From the human T2T-CHM13v2.0 reference genome, Homo sapiens: DNA of 64,000 nt. The notes under the pieces were generated by a model. The model saw only the letters and a list, made by a program, of their open reading frames with translations. It had not been told where the DNA came from and did not search any database. Location: the NCBI RefSeq assembly GCF_009914755.1, contig NC_060925.1; one strand, 5' to 3'. Shown here piece after piece: positions 13,181 to 26,678 of the stretch; within the stretch, counting starts at the first letter, position 1; every line of letters starts with the position of its first letter. Made by a program: the position numbers and the translations under genes.

Positions 13181-14292
13181 TATACATATATATTACTTTG
13201 AAAGAGTTTGGCCAATTCTTTTTCAAATCTACAATGGGACCAAGAATCAGCAGAGATGACATTTATGGGGGTGGAAAGAAGGCAAGAGATGTGTTGAGAG
13301 GAGATTTAGTATAAAGAGAGCAGATCAGAACTTCGTGAATCAGGATTCCAGAAATCTGGTATAAAAGCTGGGAAGTCAAGAGGATGCACTGTGCACCCAC
13401 TTGGTCTGAAAGGTTGAAAGACTGAAAGAGGGAAAGTCTGAAAGACAAAATTTGTCTTTGAGAGGACAGAGAATTCTCCACAAAGAGCAAGTCATTCCGA
13501 TTTAAACTTAGCAGTTGACTCCCACTCCAAGTGTTCAAATCGTAAATCCAAATTCAATCCTTTTTCAATTGCTAAATGCTTGTTTTTTTTTAAATAGAAC
13601 TGATTATATAGTATGCAGATTCCCAAATTCCAATGCTTCCTTCTTTTCCCATGTAATTGCTATTAATGACTGACTCCCTCTGCCACTGTGATGATGATCC
13701 CACCAAGAAGAGGAGAGAAAAACAAAGTCAGAATCCAATATCACTTATATATATTTATAAACAAAATACATGAACACTTTTTGTTATTACAATATTTGTA
13801 GCTCAATTTCAACAATTACATTTTAAATGAATTCTCATTACTAATATCTATAATAGAACTATAGTGTCATTAATCGCTACTGCACTAGAGAAACTTGTTT
13901 CACCCTCAGAGTTGCAGCAGCAATAATTGAGCTGATTGCGGAAACATCCAATTGCATGCTTTTGACAAGTGACAAGAGGAAGAGTTCTTAGAATTTGCAG
14001 ATTCCATCCCAAATACCCCTTTTTGCCATTGGTTTTGTTTGCTCTGCCAGAGCACAGAGAGTTATTGGCTCCCAGACTTTGGCATTTATGCTTCTGAGGT
14101 GTTATAGATTCATGTCACTACTTAGAGGAACAAACACCTCCAGGGTAGTGAACTGATGAGGTTGTGTGAATGTGTTAGCTGATGAGGGTTTCTGGAAATC
14201 TACCCTCTTCAAGCACAAGAGAATCTCTTTGCTTCTCTGCATTTTCTTCAAGTCATTTAAATAAAGTACCGTACTAATCCTTGGTGTTGTTC

Positions 14293-14338
14293 AAAAAAAA
14301 AAAAAAAAGAAAGAAAGAAAGAAAAGCAAACAAAAGCA
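14293..14338. repeat. Poly(A)/(GAAA)n microsatellite
   Basis: An A16 run followed by gaaa repeats. Confidence 0.9.
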
Positions 14339-14610
14339 ACCCATGTTTCGTCCACTCTCTGAAATGTAGTGAATGTTTGAACAAGATGAACAAGTGCAGG
14401 GAACTGATTTAGATTAGACGTTCAAACATGAATGAATGTCTAAAATTGTAATCTGGTCTGCCTAAATTTAGTAGCTTTTTAAAAATCTTCTCATTGTTTG
14501 ATAATCTGAATAAATGCCTGGCTCAGGAACATTCAAAAACAATTGGCCTGGCAATTTTGGTCACATGTTTTGAAATCTCTGCAAATAATAAGGGGCTGAA
14601 GCAGTGTTTA

Positions 14611-14655
14611 AAGAAAAAACAAAGAAACAAACAAACAAACAAAAAAAACAAAAAA
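14611..14655. repeat. (CAAA)n A-rich microsatellite
   Basis: Repeated caaa units. Confidence 0.85.
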
Positions 14656-15380
14656 GTGCATAAATTGTGAGATACATAAACTAGCTCACATGCTATTTCA
14701 AAGTGTTTAGCTTTTTATTCCTAAAACAAGGAATAAGTAGAAAAATTAAGTAGAAATAACCTAATTTTATTTCCTTTTCTCATAAATCTTAGGATTATTT
14801 TGATACTGAAGAAGTTGGAGAGTAATCAGATTATTGCAAATGTCGTAGTAGCACCTCTGTGCCTGTGCCTGGTAGGGACTTACATTTTACAGTAATACAT
14901 ATTGATAATAGCACACAACTAGGGAGATAATAGGAAACTTTAAGTACAAGTGAGTTTAGATTAATATAAGTAGATCTTCATTAGAGTAAAATGCAACCCT
15001 TAAATTATATTGTAAAGAACAGAGAGGGGAAAATAATGACAATTGTGAACTATATAGAATACACAGGAAAAAGAGATATAAAAAGAGAAATAAAAAAAGA
15101 GATATAAAAAGAGATATAAGGAAACTAATGAAATGGGATAAGCGTCACTTAAAATGACTGGCTGAAGTAAAATATAAAACCTTAAGTTTTGTGCTCAGGG
15201 AGCGCTGTATAGACACAGAATAAAGGCAAGAACTAAAAGAAGCTTTTCTTGAACAATTATAAACTTCCATAGGGCTTGATCTGGACCGTGGCTATTCTAT
15301 TTATGTTATTGCAGGTGAATCATGAATCGATGATGATACACAGTTATACATTTCTTATATATAATTATAAAAAATCTATT

Positions 15381-15684
15381 TCTTTTTTTTTTTTTTTTGA
15401 GACGGAGTCTTGCTCTGTTGCCCAGGCGGGAGTGCAGTGGTGCGATCTCGGCTCACTGCAAGCTCCGCCTCATGGGTCCATGCCATTATCAGACTCCCGA
15501 GTAGTTGGGACTACAGGCGCCCACCACCATGCCCGGCTAATTTTTTTTTCCTGTTTTTGTATTTTTAGTAGAGATGGGGTTTCACCGTGTTAGCCAGGAC
15601 GGTCTCAATCTCCTGACCTCATGATCCACCCACGTTGGCCTCCCAAAGTGCTGGGATTACAGGCGTGAGCCACGGTGCCCCGCC
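15381..15684 (-). mobile_element. AluY-like, full length
   Basis: Y-type diagnostics 'gcaagctccgcc', 'gccatt', 'accgtgttagccagga' and 'tgacctcatgatcc'. Probable TSD aattataaaaaat (15363-15375) / aattataaataat (15685-15697). Confidence 0.95.
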
Positions 15685-16689
15685 AATTATAAATAATATA
15701 AACGCTTGGGTTCTTACAGTAGTTTGGATTAATAAGTATGGTGGTATTTTGGTATTGCTACATCACATCCTTTGATCTATCTGATCGTTTTTTAATCTAG
15801 TTCTTTTTGTTACTAGGATTACCTGCGACTAAAGGGAAATAAAACTGTGCATGAATTAAGGTTGTATTGTGACCAAGGTTGAAACTCTAGGGATCTTTTC
15901 ATTAATTAAGTTCTGAAATAGAGCTGCTTTTACCATATGAATATAGTTCTAATTTGCCCTTCCCTCAAATTACTTATGACTTTTATGGAAGTTTCCTTCG
16001 TATCAAAATTGGGTAGAATTGCGAAATAACTTTTATTGGGTATTTTGGACTTATAAATTCAGATGCCTTAAAAACACAACTTTTTTTCTATAATTAAATT
16101 TATCTTATATATTGTACATTTGATTATGTCTCATGCACAGTGACACAAAAACGTGGTCAGTTTTAGTTAATTTATGTTACTTTCAGTCATTTCTCAGTCA
16201 CATCAGATTAAAATTCTAATCATATTCAAGAATACATATTTTCATTTTGATGCTTTTAGCCCTTTCTGAATTATATACTAAGCTTTTAGTGGCTTATGAA
16301 AACACAAAAATACAAGCCACATTTGTGGGAAAAAAAACTTAGAAGAGACATTATTGATCTTTCTGGATGTTACCTTAACAGCACTTGAGATATAATCCAT
16401 TTCACCTGAACCTTGGGCATTTTCCTGTCTTCACTGCAGTATTCTAGGATGCAGCCTTGCTGTTTTCAAATCTAACTGAATAGTTCACACTGTATTTTTT
16501 TCATATGCATACCTTGTCCCAAATGCCATCATTGCTACAAGTCGATCAGCTTTGTCTGTGATAAGTTTACATCTTTTTCCGTTAGACACTGTTAGATTGG
16601 ACTACTCCTTTGCATTCTACTTTGACCCAGAGTTGTTGGTGGACACTTATTCCTCCACTAAAACCACTACAGGAGATTTATTCTAACTG

Positions 16690-17197
16690 TGCCCTTGATT
16701 CTTTATCTCATTCTTTGTGTCTTCGCAGCTACTCCTTCCCATCAAGAGGTGAAAGTTATTTCTATATCCCTTGAATCTGGGCTGGCTTTGCAATTTGCTG
16801 CAGTTAATAGGATGTGGCAGAAGTAAAGATGTGTTGGGTCTGAGTCTGAACTTCAAGAGGTTTTCTATGTTTATACTTTTCCTTTCAGGTCCCAGTAACT
16901 ATCAGACGAACAAGCCCAGCTGAGCCTGCTGGAGGCTAAGAGATCATATGGATCATAGTCCACTCATCTTAGCTAAGAGTATGCTAAACTAAGCAGGTTG
17001 CAACTGATTTCAAAATATGAGAGAAAGCCCAGCCAAAATAAGTGGAGTAATCTATCCACACTGCAGCTGTCCACACATGAAAAAGTGAGACAACAGCACA
17101 ATAAATACCCAATCAACCTGGAGGCTTCTGATCTATAATAAATGCTGTGGTCTTCAGTCATTGAGTTTTGATGTGATTTGTTTTGCAGGAATAGCTG
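16690..17197 (+). mobile_element. MLT1 (G/H-like) MaLR LTR
   Basis: 'cccatcaagaggtg...cccttgaatctgggctggc...gatgtggcagaagt', ending in 'aataaatgctgtggtcttcagtcattgagttttgatgtgatttgtt...gaatagct'. Confidence 0.75.
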
Positions 17198-17294
17198 GCT
17201 TCCTTTATGGCTCCCAGTCCTGTTGCCCTAATGCCACTGTGGCTTAAAGAACACAAGCAAAATTGCAGCTTTCTGGGGTCCAATTTTTGGGGAC

Positions 17295-17850
17295 ATTATT
17301 CCTTTTCATGAGGGCTCTACTCTTATGACCTAATTTTCTCCCCAAGGTCACATCTCCTAATACCATCTGCTATGGTGTATATGTTTTCCCCAACAAACCT
17401 CTTGTTGAAATTTTATCCCCGGTCTGGCAGTGTAGGCAGATGGGGCCTGGTGGGAGGTGTTTGGGTAACATGGGTGGATCCCTCATGAGTAAGTGAGTAC
17501 CCTCCTTTTCGGGTGAGTGACTTCTCAGTATCTTACTTCTCACAAGAGCTGGTTGTTAAAAAAAAAAGCCTGGACCCCTCACCTTCCCTCTTCTCTTGCC
17601 ATGTGATCTCTGTACACACTGGCTCCCCTTTGCTTCTCTGATGAGTAGAAACAACCAGAAACCCTTACCAGATGTAAGTGCCCAATTGTGAACTTTCTAG
17701 CCTTCAGAATCATGAACCAAATAAAACTTTTTTCTTTATAAATAACCCAGCATCAGTATTTCTTTATAGCAACACAAAACAGAGTAAGACACCATTATAT
17801 TAGGATTTAGGATTTCACATAGAAATTTTTGGGGTACACAAACATTCTAT
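17295..17850 (-). mobile_element. Older MaLR LTR fragment (MLT1A/MSTD-like) interrupted by an MSTB-like LTR
   Basis: 'catgagggctctactcttatgacctaat...catctcctaataccat' resumes after the insert as 'ccattatattaggatttaggatttcacatagaaatttttggggtacacaaacattc'. Confidence 0.75.
17368..17791 (+). mobile_element. MSTB-like MaLR solo LTR
   Basis: TG...CA termini (tgctatggt...taagaca), an internal AATAAA and a 5-bp TSD CCATC / CCATT. Confidence 0.9.
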
Positions 17851-20439
17851 TGAATGTATCATGTGACTGAACTTTTCTGTACCATTAGACACTGTTAATT
17901 AGTATCAATTTCCTCAAATTCCTTTCTTGCTTTTTGAGGCATCTAATTTTATACCTAAGATCTTTGTGACTCTCAATGCTGAATGTCCTTTATTGGTGTT
18001 TCTACTATTGTGGTTCCTTAAATGTTGATGTTTGCTACATTCTGTCTTTTATACTCACTATATTTCAAGTGAATTTTAGTAGATTTTTTAATACCCTAAC
18101 TCCACTTTCTAAACACTCTGACCCCATCTTCTTTAGGCTTTCTAACTTTTTAATTTTATTTAAAAGATAAAATTAAAATATAACTGCTCATATAAGTGCT
18201 TATCAAAATCTATAAAAGCCTATTACAACTATCTCCTAAATAATATGTCCTTTTTGTTTGTAAGACTTTGTAATGCAAATCTTAATAGTGGTATCCAAAT
18301 ATCTTCTAATCTTATATGCTAGTCATCTTTGCTTTTCATTACAGAAATTCAACAATCAATATCCATAAAACTTTCAAGTAACATAAAAAACATGTGAAAT
18401 CTTGCATTCTACTTTATTTGCCATTGTAGACCTAGATTCTATTAACAGATACTGCCTTCATAAAAAACAGGCTATATATTTATTTACTGCATAATGTCAA
18501 AGCAAAGTATATTGCATCCCAAATGTATTAATATTAGTTCTATAAACATCGCTGAACAAATCTGATAGTGAAACATGATGAGAGAAGAAATGGTATTTGT
18601 TGGTGAACAAATATTCCTTTAACAGATATGCATGTTACAATGTATACACAACTTTAATGTCTTTTTAAATTAAAGGCATGACAAAATTGTTACGAGTTAC
18701 CCAAAAGGTGGTAATATTGGAAAGATCATCAGTATGTCTCTGCCTGAATAATATTTTGAATTGTAAAACTTGGAAATGAACAAAATATTAGAATAAAGCA
18801 CACACACACATCTATGTAAAATGGAAGCTAGATAATGGGGAATAGGAAAAATGTGCACCTTAACTAGCACAGTTATGATAAATCTTTGTAATTTTTGGAT
18901 GAAAACAATATCAAAGTATCTTGAATCTGGATTTATTTTTGACATTTATTCAATTTTTCCTTTAACCTGATATTAATGGATTATCAATTTTACACCTATT
19001 TTTCATTTTGTAACATGGAAGACAACTGAACATTATCTATGTTGTTATTTTTATAATTTTTGTAATATTATTTCCAAATGTGCAGTTTCTTAGCATTAAT
19101 ATAGGCTGTAAAATATTGTCAAAACCCCCCACCTAGGAAAGAATGCCTGAGATAGAATTAAGATATATATTTGAATAATAAAAAAAAATGAGTGAGGGAA
19201 GTTATTTTGAGATATGATTATCATTTGGATTGGAGACAGAGTGTCTGTCTGAATTAAGTTTGAAGATCTTACCTGAAATATGTATAGTAATGTAATCAAC
19301 AAATTCATTATTTTATTATATGCTAACTTTAAGATTCACAGATTTCCTTGAAAATCCTTTCAAATGTTTTAATTATGCTTCCATAGGCATTATTCCAAAG
19401 CAATACTTATTAGAAAAAATGAATTAATCACTGGAGAAATAATTTAGAGTACTTGAGAGCTGATTGAGTAATCTTCTAGGGAAATATTAGATGGAGTGAA
19501 ATATAGTAAAAAAATCTTATTATTTAGTGAGAAACTGTTTTAGAAAACTATTTTAGGCCCAGTCTGCTAAACAGTTGAAGCTATTTTCAGTGGCTTGATG
19601 ATTTGAAATGTTGAATGCTAGCCAAGTAATAGATTATATCCTTTTGGAATACAAATGAGTCACTGGTGAAGTAATAAGCATAATAATACTTAGCACTTTT
19701 AATCTTCAAAACATTTTATAAACATTATCTAATTAATCTTTGTATCAATCCCATGAGACAGATGAATATCATTCTTTTTTACTTATGGTAGAAAAAAATT
19801 ATGTAAAATTGGCAAGTCACAGAAACACAAAATGTTAGTTTTCTGCCACTGATCTCAGTAACTCAAGAATTTTAGACTAATTGCAATTTCAGATTTTTAA
19901 ACATGATTTATATTAATTTTTAGAGGTCAAAAATATAATTTCTAAAAGTTGATAAGCTGTAATCAACATTATATAAATACTTAAAATACAAATGTAATTT
20001 TTTAGCTTTTAGTTGTAAAAGTCATTCTTTCAAATTACAGCCACAATTCTGAATTAATTATCTTTTTAATATTTTGTCCTTTATTGTATTTCTCCTTCAA
20101 TTATAATTATGGCATAAAACATTTACACTTTCTTCAGAATTATCCTTAGTAATGATTTTAAAATAAAAAAATGCAGTTTCACAGTAACAATTGATACTAG
20201 GTAAACTATAGATGAAATATTCCATCCTGACCACACAGCTCTCATAGATGTATTTTAGCAAGTACTAGCATATTGGTATGTGTCCTTCCATACGTTTTCC
20301 CTTGCTCATACAAACACACATGTTTGGAGAGATTCAGCTTGTTTTCTTGTACATTTTTATATGGACATAGTAACAGTTGACACCTTGTTTTCTCATTTAC
20401 TTTTTTACATTTAATAAAAAAAATCTAAGCTATACTTTG

Positions 20440-20860
20440 ACTCTCTTTTGCTCAAAATCCTGCAAGAGCTTAAATTTAAGGCCCATTTCCATGGTCTACA
20501 AGGCCCACATCAGTTGGTTTCTTCTCCATCCTTGTTCTCACCTCTTTTTCAGTCTCAGGTGCTGGTCTCCCTCCTGGGACTCATCAAGCTTGCTGGCACT
20601 TCAGGGCCTTCCATTATTACATTTGCAGTGTTCTGCCTGAGGGACTCACCCTCAGGTATCTACCTGACTCACCCGTCTTTATTCAGACCTCTACTAAAAC
20701 TTCCTTCTTGAAGAGACTCTTTCTGAACCACCTTATATAAAACCAAAAATCACTTTTCTCTCTTCATTATTCTATGGCCTTTACTCTGAATTCTTCCTCA
20801 TTTTAGCACTTAACAAAAACTGATATATAATATTTGTTGATCCATTTACTCTTTGTATTT
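20440..20860 (+). mobile_element. L2 LINE fragment
   Basis: 'ctcaaaatcctgca...atggtctacaaggccc...tcagggcctt...tgcagtgttctgcctg...ttctgaaccaccttatataaa' are typical L2 3'-region motifs. Confidence 0.7.
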
Positions 20861-20961
20861 TTTTACCATAATCTTAATACTAAGCAAATACTGAGTACTG
20901 ATATTTTGGAAACTGCATTTTATTAGCTACTAATACATTCGAGTTTCTTGTCACATATATA

Positions 20962-22494
20962 CAGTCATGTACCACATAACAACGTTTGGTGTAATGAAGC
21001 ACCACACGTACTGTGGTAGTCCCATAAGATTATAATGAAGCTGAAAAGTTCCTATCACCCGATGACATCATAGCCATCCTAACAGTGTAGTGCAACATAT
21101 TATGTGTTCATTGTGATGCTAGTGTAAACAAATCTTTTGCATTGTCAGTCTTATAAAAGTATATTACATACAATTATATACAGCACACAATGCTTATAAT
21201 GACAATAAACAACTATGTTACTGGTTTATGTATTTACTAGGCTAGTGTTATTTTAGAGTGTACTCCTTCTATTTATATAAAAAAAGTTAACTGTAAAACA
21301 GCCTCAGGCAGGTCCTTCAAAAGGTATTCTATAAAGAAATAATATAAGATTCCTTCTGTTGTTGTCATAGAAGATGACAACTCCATGGGTGTTATTGCTC
21401 TTGAAGATCTTCCAGTGGGACAAATATAGAGGTGAAACTCAGTGATATTGATGATGCTGACTGTGTGGAGGCCTAGGATAATGTGTGTATACACATCTTT
21501 GTCTTTAACAAAAAAGTTTAGAAAGTAAATAAATAAATAACAAATTTTAAAAATAGAAAAAGGCTTTATAATTAGAATACACAGCAAGAAATGTTTTACA
21601 CAACTGTACAATGTGTTTGTATTTTTAAGCTAAATATTACAAAAGAGTCAAAAATTTAAAATTTAAAAGTTATAAACTTTATAAAAGTAAAAAAACTTAT
21701 AGTACACTAAGATTAATTGATTCTTGAAGAAAAAAATAAAAAATAAATTTAGTATAACCCAGCTGTACAGTGTTTATGCAGTCTACAGTCATATACAGTA
21801 ATGTCCTAGGCCTTCACATTCTCTCACCACTCACTCACTGATTCATCCAGGGCAACTTCTAGTCCTTCAAGCTTTATTTCTGCCAAGTGCCCTATACAGG
21901 TGTACCGTTTTTAAATGTTTATGCCTTCCTTTTTCTATGTTTATATATGTTTAGATACACAAATACCCTTGTGTTACAATTGCCTGCAGTATTCAGTACA
22001 ATAACAGGATGTAGGCCGGGTGCGGTGGCTCACGCCTGTAATCCCAGCACTTTGGGCGGCCGAGGTGGGCAGATCATGAGGTCAGGAGATCGAGACCATC
22101 CTGGCTAATATGGTGAAACCCGTCTCTACTAAAAATGCAAAAAATTAGCCGGGAGTGGTGGTGGGAGCCTGTAGTCCCAGCTACTTGGGAGTCCCTGAGG
22201 CAGGAGAATGGCATGAACGCGGGAGGCGGAGCTTGCAATGAGCTGAGATCGCGCCACTGTACTCCAGCCTGGGTGACAGAGCGAGACTCTGTCTCAAACA
22301 AAACAAAACAAAACAAAAAAAACAGCTTGTAAAGGTCTGTAGCCTAGGAGCAACAGGTGTATACAGCCTAGGTGTGTGATAGGCTATACCATCTAAGTCT
22401 GTGTAAGGACACTCTATGAGGTTCGCACAACAAAGAAATTGCCTACCCACGCATTTCTCAGAATATATCTCTGTCATTAAGCAACACAAGACTG
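20962..22494. mobile_element. Tigger3b (MER7-type) TcMar DNA transposon, interrupted by an Alu
   Basis: TIR-like ends cagtcatgtaccacataacaacg ... tgtcattaagcaacacaagactg, preceded by TA. Length is about 1.2 kb without the Alu. Confidence 0.9.
22014..22320 (+). mobile_element. AluY-like, inserted into Tigger3b
   Basis: 'gagatcgagaccatcctggctaa', 'gagaatggcatgaac...gagcttgca' and a (CAAAA)n tail. TSD aacaggatgta (22003-22013) / aacagcttgta (22321-22331). Confidence 0.95.
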
Positions 22495-23932
22495 AACCGT
22501 TAATAAATTTTATATTTTCTGTAAATGTTGATATTCCTTTTCAAGTTTCAAAATGTTTTTTAAATGTTTCAAAATGTTTATTTTTATTTTAAACTCTGCT
22601 TTATGAATATTAGCTATTTATGATCTATGTTGGATTATTTCCAAATCTTGTCATAAAAATTTTGATTTTTAATATAGCATAAATATCTATTTTTTATTTA
22701 TTGCTTGTAAGATAGGAAGATCTTCCTTATCCTCATATTGTACATGTAGTCTCCTAGGTGTCCTTATAAATTTTAATTATTAATACTGTAAGTAATTATG
22801 GATTTTTTCAAAAATTATAGTGTGAGATAGGAATTTGCCTTTACTTTCTTCTTGATTGGCACCCACTAATCACATGTATCAACTAAAACTTTTTAAATTT
22901 CACTTAAAATTCCACCTTCATCATTAATTAAAATATATTAATATATATTCCTAGATTATGAGTAATCTTTCTTATATCTATACAAAAATATAATGATTTG
23001 ATTACAGTGGCTTAGATTTTGGTATGTGATGTTGCAAGTCTCTATACATTTTTTGGCTGTTTTTGAGTATTTAATTGTCCATAGCTTAAATTAAAAGAAA
23101 AATTTGGGATTATGTGTTTAAATCCATTAAACTTATCATTTTTCTTCTTCTCTTATTTTAAGCCCTGGTGACTTATCCTGAATCCTCCATAAAAAAAAAA
23201 AAAAAAAAAAGAACCTAAGAAAAGAATCAAAGAAAGGGTATCTTATTATAAGGTGCAAAAATGAGGTAATAAGAATAGAAGGAAACCAATAGGGGCAAGA
23301 AAGTTATGCTGCAATGGAAATAATGCATTGCCATGTTAGCAACTGATTTTACACAAGTCTGAAACAAATAGAGCAAGCTATTCCAACAGCTCTTACTGGA
23401 CACTTGGGACTTCTCCTAAAAATCTTCAAGGAGAAACTCTTTCTCATTGCAGCACAAAGTAAATGGATTAAGGCATATTTATCTGCCTGGCTCCTACTTG
23501 CCCTTCCTCTCCTTCTCCAAGGTTTTTTCCATAAGCTCCCAATTTTACCATCCTCTCAGATTGTCTCATCCAGCCTCTCCAGCAACCATGTTAGATCATA
23601 AACCCTATAACCTACAGTGTGATTCTGCATCCAAGTCTTCAGTGGGAAGATGAACCAGAAACTCCAGGCATACAGCTGATTAGTCTAGCTATGAACTGGT
23701 AGTGAAAAAGAGTCTGGTTCTCCCACTCTACATAAGTATTCAGCCTCTAATTGTAGCAGCAGGGTTCTGCGAAACAGAGGCAGTTTAAAAAATACGAATA
23801 GACACATACTCTTTGTTCTGATAAAAGTGGATTCCTAAAATAAATCAGAGAGTTATCCATCTTTTTCTCTAAAATACATATTTTGGGCCATAGAAATATC
23901 TATAATCCAAAATGGCTGCTGGAGAGGCTAAA

Positions 23933-23937
<5 letters not shown>

Positions 23938-23975
<38 letters not shown>

Positions 23976-24160
23976 CATGTGTGTGTATAAAATATATAAA
24001 CATATATTTAAGACATATACACATATACACAAATGTATACATGTATACATATCCTACACACATATAAAATATGTGTATATATTTTATACACACATAAAAT
24101 ATGTGTATATATGTTATGCACACATAAATATACATATATATTTTATACACAAATATATAT
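23938..24160. repeat. (TG)n microsatellite plus a degenerate ~30-bp TA/CA-rich minisatellite
   Basis: (TG)n followed by repeated 'cataaaatatgtgtatatattttatacaca'-like units. Confidence 0.9.
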
Positions 24161-26087
24161 CTCTGTTATTTATAGAATAGATTGAATGCAGTGGAAAAGT
24201 TTTTGTTTTACATAGACATTAGACTAGATAGATATTAGACTATTTAGAAACATCTAAATAGTTATTTAGATACAGCCTTATTTGAAGAACGTGACCTAGA
24301 TAGAACAATATCTTAATTCCTTTTCTAATACGCTTAAGAGTTTTATGAATTACCAGTCTAAAATAATGTTATAACCACTTGAAGAGTAACTACAGATGAT
24401 TACATTAACAATAAAAAATTAAATTTATTTCCAGACACTGGAGAAATTTCAGTGGAAAGATTTGTGTTCATTTTGAAAGTTAGGATAGAGCTAATTTAAT
24501 AGGTGTATATTAAAATGTCTAATCAATCTTAGTATTTCAAAGAAAAATTGTAGAAACATATTTCTAGAATTTAATTGGCTGACTTATCACTATTTTTAGT
24601 AGTAGTTCACAAAACTCTCTTTCCTACAATGATTTCTTAATAATGTTGAATGAAAAGTGACAGTATAACAATGAAGATAAACAGAATTTCTAGTAATCAC
24701 GATCTGTTTATTTAAGAATGTTATATCTATGTTATAATTAGATTCTAAAATGTACTACTCTGAAAGATGTTGTTCACCCACGTGCTTTACCCTAAGTGAG
24801 TTTTTATATCCACTGAGCTCTATGACTTTATATGAATTTCCAGAGATTTTTAACATCAATTTTATAATTTTCTTCTATCTACACCTCATAAATGTTACAT
24901 GTATTGTGATAAATCTAGTATTGTTGTTATTATGTTTCTATAGTCAATTTGCCTGAAACGTAATTTCAGCCATGTACTAGAATGATTATATCTTTGACTC
25001 AGCTATCATCCAGGATCTCAAACTCTTGGCTTACTCTTTGGCAAAAAACTACTTATTTCTAAGCTTTTCATTCACTCATTCCTACAGTTTTGCATGATCA
25101 TTTTTAATTTGGTCCTTGAGTTTTTTTTCAAATACAGTACACATCTTCACACGTGTTTCCATGCAAAGAGTCAATTATGTTTCCCCAAATATTTTTCTTC
25201 GCAATCTGCAATTCTCAATGTTATGAGAGAAATAAATAAAATTATATCTCATTCTACATCTACTGTATCAAGCCTCAACTCAATGGCTATTGGTAATTTT
25301 TTTAATGCATCTTGTATTTTGTTCTAACGTATCTTTCATTGGCTTCTTCTACCCTTTATATAATCTTCAAACCTGCAATCCCACAATTTTTATCAAAAGT
25401 ACCTACCTTCCCCTTCTGAGAGTAACACCATCAGACATCAAGTCTTTCAAATGGTCTTTTTTACATTTAAAAAATTTTATCATTTCATTATTCATTTTGT
25501 TTTTCTGACCTTCATCATGATTCAAACACAGATAATTCTTTTTTCTTTTGTAACTTTTTTTTAATTTAAAATTTGTCTCCATTTCTTGGCTCTTACTTTA
25601 GCAATTGTTCTACTCATTAACATTTTGGAGGTCTCTAATAGCTACTTTCCTTTTGGCTAGAAATATTCTCTGGTGTTTCTCAAACAAAAACATGCCATAC
25701 CTTCATAATTCTTTAGTTTGGAATTATGTTATTTTTTTCTTACTTAAAAACATTAAATCTTCTTCTAAAATCTACAGTCTGCCCTTAATAGTCGAATGAA
25801 ATCATTTCTTAAATCAGTAGTAACCTAAGTGTTTACAAAACTATATTTTTCAGTTGTATTTATCTTTTATTTTCCCCACAAATTGTGACCATATTCTATG
25901 TAGATATATCTCTTGTTCTTAAATTAGTAACTTTTAAGAGGGAAAGAAGCCTTCCTTAACAGCATTATAGGTATTCCCATTCTTGATTTCTGCCTATATT
26001 TTATCTGTCATTGACACTGGTATCTCTTTTTCCTACTATGCTTTAAATCAAGCATGACTGTACTCATCCTATTTTCTTGATGGAGGA

Positions 26088-26625
26088 TGTCATTGATTAG
26101 CTTACTAAACATCTGTGTCATCTTCCTCCTATTAAAAGAAGTTGTCCAAATTACTTTAGAGCTACCAGTTTGGATAACAATTAGGTTCTGTCACTTGGAT
26201 GCATGATTGCAACATTTGGAAGACGTAAATAAGGTTAGATAGGCTATTATTTTACATCATGGTTTACATTTCTCTTCACCCCTTTATACACACTTTTTTT
26301 TTCTGTTTTCTTATTTCTTTTTGTTCCTTCTTACATTTATCAGCAAGTAATATTTTATAAATATAATGGCTACCTGTAGCATCAATTCAAGAAATACTTC
26401 TCACATTTCAAGAGGCAATTCTAGTAGTGATCTGATGGCAGAAGCTTCTTGATTCCCCTTCCCATGCAATGCAGTTGTGATTTTGAACTCATACATCTAG
26501 TGTCATCCTCAGATGCAGCAGTTTTCCTTTTGAGTCATATTTGTATATTTCTAATGGTTCATCCTGGAAACCATTTGTCCAGCTGTCATGACAGTTTATA
26601 AACATCTATTTCCTTATATTGCTCT
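26088..26625 (+). mobile_element. LTR33-like ERVL LTR, decayed
   Basis: 'aattaggttctgtcacttggatgcatgattgcaacatttggaagacgtaaataagg' and 'tttataaacatctatttccttatatt' resemble LTR33. Confidence 0.55.
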
Positions 26626-26678
26626 TTCACCAACTCACAAGTGACTTCATTCACTACCATGAGTTTAATTTTTTTTTC

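Noticed and set aside
15071-15120. Short tandem duplications (agagatataaaa units; also 22546-22580 and 32219-32256)
   Set aside because: Ordinary slippage repeats with no further structure.
23160-23770. Possible old LTR remnant around the poly(A) at 23191-23210
   Set aside because: Too diverged to assign a family or boundaries from sequence alone.
23869-24180. Repeating units as a CRISPR-like array or coding repeat
   Set aside because: It is a degenerate TA/TG minisatellite with no unique spacers, in a eukaryotic context.
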